From Octopus sinensis (Eukaryota): a stretch of DNA of 64,000 bases. This document shows positions 1 to 11,831 of the stretch, piece after piece; the stretch's first letter is position 1, and each line of letters starts with the position of its first letter. Both the position numbers and the translations under genes were made by a program. The notes beneath the pieces were generated by a model. The model saw nothing but the letters and a program-made list of their open reading frames with translations, had not been told where the DNA came from and searched no databases. The DNA is taken from NCBI RefSeq assembly GCF_006345805.1, contig NC_043010.1:60822001-60886000 (forward strand), in the 5' to 3' direction.

Positions 1-206
1 GCCTTCCCCGTCCTTGCTTTGGATTAGACAGGTCTTCCTCTTGATGGCATCTTGCCATTTGTTGCATTCTCATCGTTTCATTTGTAAAGTTAAACTTCTT
101 GAGATCAGCTTTCACTACTTCTACACGTCTCTCTTCCTTGGTTCTTTTCCTCTTCCCTTAGTTTCCGTCAGCTTGGAGAACCTGGCACTTCTTTATATAT
201 ATATAG

Positions 207-243
<37 letters not shown>

Positions 244-527
244 TATATATATACAAATGTGTGTGTGTATGTAGATGTGTATGTGTGTATCTGTATACAT
301 ATATATATACATATATACGTGTGTATGTGTGTGCGCGCGTGTGTGTGTATCACTTTATATCAGCCAAACAATTCGATGTTGTCGTGCACCACTTGTCATA
401 ATCTGCTTTCAGTATTCACTCTACTTTGTTTCCAAGTCACCTCATTCCAGATATGTTTCCACAATGATATTCCTAGCATGAATCTTTTCGTGTCCAATAT
501 GTAAGGAAATATTCATATTTATATATA

Positions 528-1556
528 CAGGGTGCGTAAGATATTTAAGGACAAATTTATGTTTATAAAAAAAAGAAAGATATATGACAGATAATAACTT
601 TATTTATCAAAAATTGCTACGAGGATAAAAATAAACCTTCTTTTCTATAATGTTATTCAATAAAGCCACCTTCAGCTACAACTGCTTCCAAATGAGATCT
701 AAATCATCTACAAGCTTGAATCAAATGGTCCTGGTTCATTTTGGACATTACTCTGACTATGGCACCTTTCAAGGAATCTTTGGTGTTATGGGTGTGTTCA
801 TTGACCTCTCAACAATGCTCCACATGTAATAGTCTAATGGATTGAGATCTGGGGAATTAAGAGGCCAAATGTTAGGGGTTACGTGATCATGAAAATTTTC
901 AGCCATCCATTCTGTTACTAGAGCCATGTCTGATAGTGCAGAGTCTTACTGAAACACAGGTAGCTTTCCATTGTATACACTGTATATCCAGGGTTTAACA
1001 ATTATTTCCAAGACCTCAATGTAGGTGGCAGAGTTAACTCTAAGGCCTTGTGGAAAAAAGTAAGGAGGCATCACATGTCCTTCACTGCTGACAACCCTTA
1101 AAACCATGACAGTTGCAGGAAATTCTGTATGCATAACACTTGCAACTTCAGAAGGATCTGCACATAAGCATCTGCCATTTCTTTTTGATCTTTGTCAAAG
1201 TTTTTCTTGTTTGAGAAAAACCAAATTAAATCTTCTTCTGCTGGATTTTTCAGTTTATTTAAGAGCCTTTTAGATCTGATGTAGTGATTTTCTTTTGCTT
1301 TTTCTGACCAATTGACCTTTCCTCATCATATAAGACTTATATCTGATGTCTTTGTGGCCAACATTTCTGACTGTTCCTTCTGACACATGGAGATCTTTTG
1401 CAATTGACCTCATAGACTTTCTGGGATTGTAATTAATGGTCTGCTGAGCTTGCTGGATAAATTCAGTTGTTCTGATGATTTCAGAGCATTTAGAATGTCT
1501 TTTATGCTTTGATACTGGTGATACGTTTCCATCTTCAGTCTCTAACTCCTTACAAG
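528..1556 (-). mobile_element. Decayed Tc1/mariner transposon, DD37D (maT-like); 5' end lost
   Basis: TA followed by terminal CAGGGTGCGTAAGATATTTAAGGACAAA at 528. Minus-strand translation gives the HTH region (NPRKSMRSIAKDLHVSEGTVRNV), FSNKKNF, VMVLRVVSSEG, FQ*DSA and WPLNSPDLNPLDYYMW, with stops and frameshifts. Confidence 0.85.
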
Positions 1557-1835
1557 CTTTGTGTCTGTGTTTGTCCCCCCCCCCCGCCAACATTGCATGA
1601 CAACCGATGCTGGTGTGTTACATCTCCGTAACTTTGTGGTTCGGCAAAAAGAGACCAATAGAATAAATACTAGGCTTACAAAGAATAAGTCCTGGGGTCA
1701 ATTTCCTCGACTAAAAGTAGTGCTCCAGCATGGCCGCAGTCAAATTACTTTAACAAGTAATAGAGTAAAATAGAGTAAAGAGTATAAGATATATATATAT
1801 ATATATTGGATTAGCATGGAAAACGGACGCTAAAC

Positions 1836-1878
<43 letters not shown>

Positions 1879-1879
1879 T

Positions 1880-2110
1880 GGCATGCAAGAGAGACGTTTG
1901 CATTGGTATGGATGGAGAGGAGTGCTTGTGTGAAGAAGTGCCACTCCCAAACAGTTGAAGGAATCCGGGGTAAAGGTAGACCCAGGAAGACATGGGATGA
2001 GGTGGTGAAGCATGATAGAATAAGCACCATACTTACAAACAATAAGTCCAGGAGATATGCTGGACTCTGGAGATATGCTGTGACTGAGAAGACCCAGCAA
2101 ATAAAGCGAG
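1880..2110 (+). mobile_element. RTE-clade LINE 3'-end fragment
   Basis: CVKKCHSQTVEGIRGKGRPRKTWDEVVKHD...LWRYAV, the typical RTE RT C-terminus. Confidence 0.75.
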
Positions 2111-3221
2111 ATCACAGCTGTAACCTACAGCAAGTGTCATATAACCAGTCAACACAAAAAGTACCCTTGGACCATAGGGTGACATGCCGTGCTTGAGAAG
2201 ACCTATTAAGTCAAGTACATCAACATCAAAATGAAATCAAATCACAATCAAATGGAATTGTAGTTGTGGTCCCTGTTCCGGTGGCACGTAAAAAGCACCC
2301 ACTACATTCTTGGAGTGGTTGGCATTAGGAAGGGCATCAAGCTGTAAAAACACTGCCAGATCAGACTGGAGCCTGGTGCAGCCTCCTGGCTTCCCAGACC
2401 CCAGTCAAACCATCCAACCCATGTCAGCATGGTAAACGAACATTAAACAATGATGATGATGACGATGATGATGATATATATATATATATATATACGCACA
2501 CACACACATATGCATAGACATATAAATACATAATATATATATGAATAGGTGTGTGTGTGTATGTGTGTGCGCGTATGCATATGTGTATGTGTATGTGTTT
2601 GTTTCCTCAACAGTTGACACTACTATACGTATTCCCCCCCCCCCATACTGACATTTGATAAAATTGTAGCCAGTTTGCTGACATTTGTTGAAACCCTTCT
2701 GAATTAACAACCATTACACAATCTTAATTTCATTTTCTCTTCAGATCTTATGTTGACATAAAAAAAAATAATAATAATATTTAATTTCCACCATTACATC
2801 GAATACTTGATCTTATCCTGTGTTATTAATTTCAGCACTTGTGGATCTATAAATTGTAGGTGAAAATATGTTTTGCTACCAGCAACATCTCAATACAAAC
2901 GTTTATACACACACACACACAGGTAGCTTGTTGAACATCGCCTTCTCCATCTGTGTATGTGTTTGTCCTGCTCACCTATCCTCAGATTCAGTCCAAGGTG
3001 GATCCAGGGTGAAATATTTTGGAACGAAATGAAGATAATTAGAAATAGGGACACGCTTGTTGATATCATGAAGAGTTAAACAACATTAATTTAGGGGTAC
3101 AATAGATCAATGCAACCCACAACGTTGGGGACACATGTAAATTCATGCTTGGAATGGAATTGAAGGTGGTGAGCAGACAGAATGATTAGCATGCTGGACA
3201 AAATGCTTTGCAGCAATTCAT

Positions 3222-3338
3222 CCCTCATCATCATCATCATCACCATCATCATCTTCATCATCATCATCTTCATCATCATCATCATCATCTTCATCATCAC
3301 CATCATCATCTTCATCATCATCATCATCATCCTCATCC

Positions 3339-3426
<88 letters not shown>

Positions 3427-3427
3427 T
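3222..3427. repeat. (CAT)n microsatellite
   Basis: Direct reading; tail of a minus-strand S3 SINE. Confidence 0.95.
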
Positions 3428-3654
3428 TAACATCTATTGTCCATGCTGGCAGGTGTTAGACAGTTTCACTGGGGCTGGAAAGATGGAAGGCTGCGCCAGA
3501 CTCCAGTCTAATTCAGTTTTCTATGAATAGATGCTCTTCCTAATGCCAACCACTCCAAGAGTGCTTTTATGTGCCACTGGCAAGGGTGCCATTTGCATGA
3601 CACCAGTATCTTCCACGACTGTGATTTTGCTCAGCTTGATGGGTCTTCTTCTCT

Positions 3655-3844
3655 GTGAGGCCCAACGCTCAATAGGAACTCAGCCACTTTGCCTCCGTGA
3701 GATCCAATGCTCAATAGGAAGTCGGCCACTTTGCCTCCGTGAGGCCCAAGGCTTGATAGGAACTCAATCACTTTACTTTTATGAGGCCCAATGCTCAATA
3801 GAAACTTGGCCACTTTGCCTCCATGAGGCCCAATACTTGGAAGG
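3655..3844. repeat. 42-bp minisatellite, about 4.5 units
   Basis: Units start at 3655, 3697, 3739, 3781 and 3823; consensus GTGAGGCCCAATGCTCAATAGGAACTCGGCCACTTTGCCTCC. Confidence 0.9.
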
Positions 3845-4964
3845 TGCCCTTTACGTGCTACCGGCACAGGTGCCAGTTACGTCACACCAGCATTAGCCAT
3901 AACTGTGATTTCACTTGGCATGACAGGCCTTCTGAGTTCCAATTCTGCCAAAATTGACTTCGCCTTTCATTCTTTCAGGATCCATAAAGTGAATACCAGT
4001 CGAGGTCAATGAAATCAACAAGTCCCAAAATTTCAGCTTTTTGCCTAATTTAGGAAGAATTATTGCAATGCAATTGATAAAGATTCACCTTCAATTACTT
4101 TTTCTAGCAATTTAGCTATTTCAGAATTTAAATTTTTTGACCCATTTCAATTTATACAGAACCTTGTCGAGAATGTCAGTAGGAGGATTTTTGACCTAGC
4201 TTTGAATAAAGATGCTTTTGACAGCAAGCCCCAATTACAACAAGGCCTGAGCAGCCAGTTGAAACCGGCTCTGGGTCTGTAGTACAAATGTCTTGTTTCC
4301 AAAAGTTCTGAATTAAAATCTTCCACCAAACTTTAGCCACAATTTATGTTCTTAACACTACCTTAATGATTATTAAGTTTATTTTTTTAAATTCTTTGTT
4401 ATATTTAAAATAATTGAAAGAAACACTGAGCATCTCAACAGAAATACAGTAACGAAAAGGTGAAAGACTACAAGACACATTACTAAACCCCAACACCCAC
4501 AAGATTGTGTGCTGCCACGAAACCCTCAGGTTTAACCTCACCTTGTGGGGCAAACTGGGGCAAACTAGATGTGTTGAGAAAGGACATTGAAGATGGTGAG
4601 AGGTTGTAGAGGGGTTTGGACTGGGTGAGTGGACAGGATAAAGGTGACTGTAGCAAATGATGGAGAGAAATATAGGGGAGGCTCAGAGGCAGGGGTTGCA
4701 GTGAATATATGAGGGTATTGAGGGTTGATAGCAGATAAACAAGGTGTTAATGATGGAGAGTAACACAAGAAAGAGAAGGCAGGTTATTGGTGGGAAAAGT
4801 AGGGTGGTGGCAGGGGGGGGATAGATAAGGCATATGGAAGTGGTTTGGGGGCTGGAGGAAGGTAACTGGGAAAACAGGGGGATGGAGTATGTGCCTGTTC
4901 TGCTCTCAGGTGATAAAGAAATAATGGGTGTTTTCATTTCATACATGCATACATAAATACATAC

Positions 4965-5140
4965 ATACATATGGTCATGTGATGTGTATGGATGAGGTCA
5001 GCTGTGTAAAGAAGTGCCAATCTCTACCTGTGGAAGAGGTAGACCCAGGAAGACATGGGACAAGGTGCTGAAGCATGATCTTCGAACCTTGGGCCTCACA
5101 GGAGTGATGACAAGTGACTGAGACCTTTGGTAGTTGTGGA
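4965..5140 (+). mobile_element. RTE-clade LINE 3'-end fragment
   Basis: Homologous to 1880-2110 (GHVMCMDEVSCVKKCQ...GRPRKTWDKVLKHDLRTLGLT). Confidence 0.75.
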
Positions 5141-5260
5141 TGATACCAGTAAAAAGCACCTTTCGAGCTTTGTGCCTCACAGAGGCATTGTGGCCAATGC
5201 CAGTGTCACGGACCTGGCACCCCTGCTGGTGGCACATAAAAACACCTGTCAAGCATTCAG

Positions 5261-5295
5261 GTTTGACGTTTCGAGCGGAGCTCTTCGTCAGAAAC
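5261..5295 (-). ncRNA. Minimal type I hammerhead ribozyme motif, intact core
   Basis: Minus RNA: GUUU CUGACGA A GAGC-UCC-GCUC GAAACGUC AAAC. Helix I GUUU/AAAC, helix II 4 bp, GUC cleavage triplet. Confidence 0.75.
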
Positions 5296-5699
5296 ATAGG
5301 AGAAAGAAACATCTCGAGATGGGAGGACAGAGGAAAAAAAAATACCAGGTAGTCTACACGAGGTCACATACTAAAATATATATATATATATATATATATA
5401 TACCTACACACACGTGTGCGCACGCATGAACACACACACACACACACAGACTGGTGACTGTAATGCTGTGAAATATCAAAACAATTTCTCTGTTTCGCGT
5501 AGACTTCTCTCTCTAAAGTACATGAGCAGATATGGTTTTCGTTCCGTTTAAAGTGATTCATATAATTATTATTTCTCAAAATACATCGTGAAAACATTTT
5601 CAAACCAGAAATATAGAAAGGGCACAGTGAACTGAGAAGACTAACTATGGAGACTTACTGGAAACAAGAAGATATTCTGAGGCACATCGTGTGTGTGTG

Positions 5700-5747
<48 letters not shown>

Positions 5748-5890
5748 TGTTTGTGAACAGACATAGATATAGACAAATATTGTTGATGTCATTTTTACAT
5801 GCTATTATTTATATCATTATCTGTTTTTAATTACATATGTATATATGCACACACCCATACACACACATACATACATACATACATGCATAC

Positions 5891-5938
<48 letters not shown>

Positions 5939-6204
5939 TATATATATCATCATCATCATCATCATCATCGTTTAACGTCCGTTCTCCATGCTAGCATGGG
6001 TTGGACGGTTCGACCGGGGTTCTGGGAAGCCAGAAGGCTGCACCAGGCTCCAGTCTAATCTGGCAATGTTTCTACAGCTGGATGCCCTTCCTAACGCCAA
6101 CCACTCCGTGAGTGTAGTGGGTGCTTTTTACGTGCCACCTGCACAGGTGCCAGGCGAGGCTGGCAACGGCCACGGTCAGATTGGTGTATTTTATGTGCCA
6201 CCGG

Positions 6205-6246
<42 letters not shown>

Positions 6247-6254
6247 TGCATGAG

Positions 6255-6622
6255 TGGCTGTGTGGTAAGTAGCTTGCTTATCAACCATATGGTAATGGAT
6301 TCATTCCCACTACATGGTACCTTGGGCAAGTGTCCTCTACTATAGCCTCGGGCCGACCAGAGCCTTGTGAGTGGATTGATAGATGGAAATATATATATAT
6401 ATGAGTGTGTGTGTGTGTATATGTTTGTCCCCCCAACATCACTTGACAACCAATGCTGGTGTGTTTACGTCCCCGTAACTTAGTGGTTCAGCAAAAGAGG
6501 CCAACAGAGTAAGTATTAGGCTTACACAGAATAATTCAAGGGGTCGATTTGCTCGACTAAAGGTGGTGCTCCAGCATGGCCGCAGTCAAATAACTGAAAC
6601 AAGTAAAAGATAAAAGATAAAA

Positions 6623-6625
<3 letters not shown>
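6255..6625 (+). mobile_element. SINE family S1 (tRNA-like head, CCTTGGGCAAGT core, internal TA/TG microsatellite, conserved tail), full copy
   Basis: Representative copy. Other full or partial copies at approximately 1557-1790(+), 18215-18545(-), 20135-20340(-), 20575-20640(-), 23640-24065(+), 24855-25015(-), 35115-35280(-), 41775-41915(+), 60375-60500(-), 61700-61820(+). Confidence 0.85.
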
Positions 6626-6658
<33 letters not shown>

Positions 6659-6989
6659 CTGTAATTATATACATAATTATAATCATGGGTCAGCTAAGTG
6701 CCTCACCACGTATTGAATTAGGAAAAGATGCTAATGTCTTTTCAACTACCATAAAAATCTCCGAGACAAAAACACACATTTTTTTATGTAGGTAAAAAGA
6801 AAAATGATGAGTTCACACGACTTCAGTTAATCAGAAACTTGTTTCAAACTTAAAGTAAATTATATTTACCTATTGTTCTCCTCAGTGTAATATTCCGAGT
6901 TATAAATTTGTGAGTGTTAGGATTAAATATGTACGCGATCAAGCGTCATCACATAACTAATATTCAACCATATATATATATATATATAC

Positions 6990-7240
6990 CTTGACTGGCT
7001 TCTGTGCTGGTGGCACGTAAAAAGCACCAACCGATCGTGGTCATTACCAGCCTCCCCTGGCACATAAAAAGCACCCACTACCCTCATGGAGTGGTTGGCG
7101 TTAGGAAGGGCATCCAGCTGTAGAAATACTGCCAGATCGGACTGGAGCCTGGTGCAGCCTCCTGGCTTCCCAAACCCCAGTTGAACCATCCAACCCATGC
7201 TAGCATGGAAAACGGACTTTAAACAATGATGATGATGATA
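6990..7240 (+). mobile_element. SINE family S3 (AGGAAGGGCATCCAGCTGTA core, (GAT)n tail)
   Basis: Representative copy. Others at approximately 2270-2470, 22620-22900, 32205-32410, 41930-42115, 45140-45410 (+) and 3430-3900, 5950-6205, 34560-34960, 35880-36270, 59640-59790 (-). Confidence 0.85.
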
Positions 7241-7253
7241 ATATATATACACA

Positions 7254-7420
7254 CAGTGTGTTCAAAAAGTTTCTCCGCAGTGAAAGAAGTGTTCACACGG
7301 CAGGAAAAAAGAAATTAAATTTTGTAAAGTCTAATATATTCTTTTGTAGTCTTATGCCATCTTATAAATATTTATTTTGCAATAAAATACTTACAGCGGA
7401 GAGACTTTTTGAACACCCTG
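7254..7420. mobile_element. 167-bp MITE with CAGGGTG-type (Tc1/mariner) termini
   Basis: 25-bp TIRs at 7254-7278 and 7396-7420 match 23/25. Flanks are TA on the right and CA on the left; no coding capacity. Confidence 0.85.
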
Positions 7421-7723
7421 TATATGTATATATAATTAAATTTAATTAGAGGATATGTAAACCTCATGATGGGATGGTTTCATCCAAGGAAATCCTGGTT
7501 CAATACCTCGTATTTTGGGGGAGTTAATTTCCTGAAAATAATAGGTGTAAATAAAAACATATAGTTTATATTCATTTAAAAGAAGAAAGAGAAAATGGAG
7601 ATTAGGAAGTTAATAATTGTTTATCATTAACAGCAAATTAGTTATCTTTACCTACAGCCGTTTCAATTAATGCTCAATTTTTTACATACAACTAAACAAA
7701 ATTGAATTATATTTATTTATATG

Positions 7724-7756
<33 letters not shown>

Positions 7757-8016
7757 ATGTCTGTATACATGTATATATATATAATTTAGATTAATATGTG
7801 CCTATTTATATACACATCTTCTGTATTCTTCTAAATTATTCTCCACTTACATAATTCTCTCCCCTCTTATGATTTTTTTTTTACATTCAACTAAGCAAAA
7901 TACTTTCCTTTTTCTTGTACTTATGTGAATGTATGCATACACCCACACACAGACGTAATTAATTATGGATATATGAAGATATATTTTAAGCATGTATGTA
8001 TGTGTACATATGAACA

Positions 8017-8047
<31 letters not shown>

Positions 8048-8048
8048 G

Positions 8049-8123
<75 letters not shown>

Positions 8124-8153
8124 TCAAAATAAGCAACAAGAATAACTCCAGTG

Positions 8154-8245
8154 ATTTGGTACGATCGTTTCGCACTACATCATTTTATTAAATGTTGCAA
8201 GTATTACAACAGTTTTAAAATGCTGAGCACTCATCAGCCATTAAT
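8154..8245 (-). ncRNA. Type I hammerhead ribozyme motif with extended helix II, intact core
   Basis: Minus RNA: AUUAAUGG CUGAUGA [GUGCU...AGUGC, 59-nt interrupted hairpin] GAAAC GAUC GUA CCAAAU. Confidence 0.75.
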
Positions 8246-8446
8246 AGAGGTTTTCCATTAATACATAATTTTCATATCGAGTGGTAACATTATAGAGAAT
8301 GTAGATATATAGACAAAGATGTGGATTTAAATTTTAAGAACATTTGAGGTGGTGGAGCTTATCAACTGACTGACTAAAATTCAATTGCTCCGAACCACTG
8401 TAAGGTTCTGAGAGGAAAGGACAAATATATATTATGTTAGGTCACT

Positions 8447-8815
8447 TTCGAGTGCTACTGGTAACATGTAACCCAGTACAACCTGTTGCATGGTCGGGTC
8501 ATCGGCGACTAAACTGGCAACCCCACTAAGCTTGCTTGGGGAGGAGGGTGTTTATTGGACACCCTGCGGGATGAAAAACAAAACCTGTTAAAGGGTGGAG
8601 GAACTCTTGAGAGTCAACAGCCATCCAATAAATGTCTTAAGGCTGTATCATGCGCGGTGACATAGACATAATTGGAGTGAATACCCGATCGCATGGTTAA
8701 ACCATTGGGAGTGAAGGACTCCTAGCCTTTGTTAGGACATCCTTCTAGGAGAAGGTAACTCAGGTAACTGGGATAACTCCGACATAAAACCTGCGGCTCA
8801 GTGGTTACCGATGAT
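8447..8815 (+). mobile_element. Probable RTE-clade 5' UTR fragment
   Basis: GC-richer block containing CTAGGAGAAGGTAACTC...AAACC, a motif I associate with RTE 5' UTRs. Single copy in the window and recognised from memory only. Confidence 0.4.
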
Positions 8816-10284
8816 GTTGACTTGTTCTTCTTTTCGGATTATGGCTGCTGTTGCTTAGTGAGTGGGATTGACTCAGGGCACAGCCTTTCCTCACTTTAAA
8901 AAAAAATCTTCTTGCACAGGCAATGCACGATAACAACATTGATTTATATATATATATATGTATGTATGTTGAGATATATATGTATATGTGTATATGTGGG
9001 TGCATCTGCAGGCATGCATATATATGTGAATATGTGTATATATGTACAAATGCATGCATGTACCAGTGTGTGAGTGTGTTTATGCAAGTATGTGTGCATA
9101 TATGTATATCTATGATTAGCTGTACGTACACATGCATGCGCATGCGCATCTATGTGTGTGAAGTTAAGTCCGTACGCACATTCAGACACCACAAGTTTAC
9201 AACATCATTAAGAATAAATAAACTTCCCTTGAGACGCTGTGGTGTGAACAGAATAATTCAAAACTTCATTAACCAAAGGGCATTAATTGACTAATATGGA
9301 TCTATATTAATTTCTTTTTTGGGAAGAGGGGTCAATGATGGATAAAGACAGAAGTAGGGGACAGTAAGAGGAAGTGGTAGATGTCAATGAAGTGTCACAT
9401 GCAGAAGAAAGACCAAGAATGGTATCTAGAGGGAGAGAAGTGGTGATGGAAGGGGGTACTGAATATGACAGGTGTTAAGTCATCAATCATTAGTCAGGCC
9501 TTGAGATAGAAGGAGACAGAGTTATTGAGGGTGAATGGTGGAAGAGAGGTAAAGCACTGGAAGAAGAATGGTGTGGAACTGAATGGTGTGGACAGATCAC
9601 ATACGACCCTTCGTCATACAGACAGCCTGATGCAGTGAAAAGAATAGGGGTGAATAAAAAATAGGGGGTAAGTGATAGACAAAGTTATTCTACACATAAT
9701 ATTAGGTTATGAAGGTGGTGGTGGCGGTGGCGGCGGCGGCGGCGGTGGTGGTGATAGGGTCAATGAGAACTATGATGGTGACAAGGAAGATGATGGCAAT
9801 GATGGTACAAACTCGTTTATTGAAATCTCATGTAGATTTCATTCTTAAAAATGCATTCATGGTGTATTTTAAGAAATAATTATATTAATCACTCTAAATA
9901 TAGCAAAATTATATTTATTGATTCAATCAATAAATATAATTTATAGTATCAAGTCTATAAATTTGAGCAATTTGAATTTTATGAAGTTTAAAAGTTTTAC
10001 AATCTGTTCACTACTGTGGTTATGTGTGTGTGTGAGAGAGAGAGAGTGTGCGTGTGTGTGGATAGATTCAAATTTGCTCTTATTCATTTCTTCCGGCTGA
10101 CAAAGCCTTAGGCTGCACTTCTATGAGTGCAGTATGTTTGCAGAAGTACATTGTGTCCTGGGTGGTGATATTTTATCTCGTGAGTGCATTGTTGCTGTCT
10201 TGTCTCTGGTTGGCTTTGAACTGGCATTTTTAAGGTCATAGACATTTCCTCTGCAAACATCCCACTTTTGGTGTGTGTAAGTAC

Positions 10285-11102
10285 AAGGCTAATGGTTTCC
10301 ATAGAGTCAATGGTAACTGTAGGGCTAAGGACAGTTGTAGGGCTTTTAGCAATTTTAGGGTTATAGAGCTAATATTACTATGGGACTATAATGGCACTTT
10401 GAGGGTTAATGGTAGTTATATTGATAGCTATAGGGCTACTATTAGCTATGAGGGGTCATAGTAGCTATAGGGCTAATGGTAACTTTAGGGCTAATGGTAA
10501 CTACAGGGCCAATGGCAACTACAAGGCTAATGTAACTGACACTCCATCAGTTACAATGATGTTCAGTACCAGTGGAACTGAAAAACAGAACAAGCTGCTC
10601 ATGAAATTAACATGCAAGTGGCTGAGTACTCCACAGACATGTGTACCCTTAACATAGTTCTCAGTGAGATTCAGTGTGACACACAGACTGTGACAAGGCT
10701 GGCCCTTTGGAATTACAGGTGCAATTTATTTTTGCCAGCTGAATGGAGTGGAGCAACATGAAATAAAGTGTCTTGCTCAAGGACACAACACACAACCTAA
10801 TATTGAACTTACAACCTTACAATCACGAATTGAACACTCCTAACCATTAAGCCATATGCCTTCACAAGGGCTAATGGTAACTATTGGGCTAATGACAGTA
10901 TTAAGGCTAATAGTAGTAGTAGAACAAATGGTAACTATAGGGTTAATCATATTTATAGTGCTAATGATAGCTAGGGGGCTAATGGTAACTATTGGGTTAA
11001 CAGTAGTTATAGGGCTAATGTGACCCACTACTCTAATTGTAGCTTTAGGGCTAATGGCAACAACTGGGCTAATTGTTGTTATAGGGTTTATGGTAACTAT
11101 AG
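10285..11102. repeat. Degenerate 18-bp minisatellite (GGCTAATGGTAACTATAG) split by an S4 SINE
   Basis: Arrays at ~10285-10535 and ~10866-11102. Confidence 0.8.
10560..10865 (-). mobile_element. SINE family S4 (tRNA-like head, TGTCCTTGAGCAAGACACTT core)
   Basis: Homologous copies at ~12410-12665(-), ~13740-13815(-, short), ~22070-22340(+) and a head at ~11420-11520(+). Confidence 0.75.
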
Positions 11103-11739
11103 ACAAGTGGTGGGTGAACAGTTGCACATCACAAGATCATGAACTTTGATATTTTTGTTCTGATAGATTGAGTTCATGAATTGATTGTATTTATATTTAT
11201 TGATTGGTTATGGATAACATTAATAACAAATATTGATAAATTATGAAGGAAAAACATTATATTTATGACGTTGTGAAGTTATGATTGTGTACACATGCGT
11301 ATGCGTCTGTGTGTGAGTGAATAAATGTGTGCAGCTCTATGCAGACATGTATGTGCATGTATTTAATGTTCTGTATCTGGTCATGGAGACACAGATACAA
11401 ATCTACCAACATACTGGGAAGGCACATGGCCTAGTGGCAAAGGTGTTAGATTCACAATCATAAGGTTATCTGTTCAATTCCTGTGCAGGGTAGCACATTG
11501 TCTCCTTGTTCCGGTCTACTCAGCTCAAACTAAGGAGCAGCCAACAGATGGGGCAGCTCTTTTTGCATCGCACGGTCATACTCTTCTTTATCTTTTTGCA
11601 TCAAAGGTAGAAGGACCAAAAGGGTGTCAAAGTCTGCTCCCAGTTACTCCACAGCATCCAAACACAATTTGTGAAAGCACTGAACATGCTGGCAGGACAT
11701 TTGACAGTGATAGCTATCATTTATATACAAATATGATAA

Positions 11740-11741
11740 AC

Positions 11742-11830
<89 letters not shown>
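11740..11830. repeat. (GATA)n microsatellite
   Basis: Direct reading; similar tracts at 15728-15950 and 39528-39750 (GATA/GGTA). Confidence 0.95.

Positions 11831-11831
<1 letters not shown>

Noticed and set aside
362-505. Possible Gypsy integrase zinc-finger remnant (minus strand, LHIGHEKIHAR...)
   Set aside because: Only a vague H-x-GH..AR resemblance that needs frameshifts; cannot be supported without a profile search.
3655-3844. CRISPR-like regular repeats
   Set aside because: Units are contiguous with no unique spacers; eukaryotic context and no cas genes.
7459-7500. Hammerhead-like CTCATGA-T-GGGATG(GTTT)CATCC-AAG-GAAA
   Set aside because: Core G5 is altered, extra bases precede GAAA, and there is no valid UH site or helix I; single copy.
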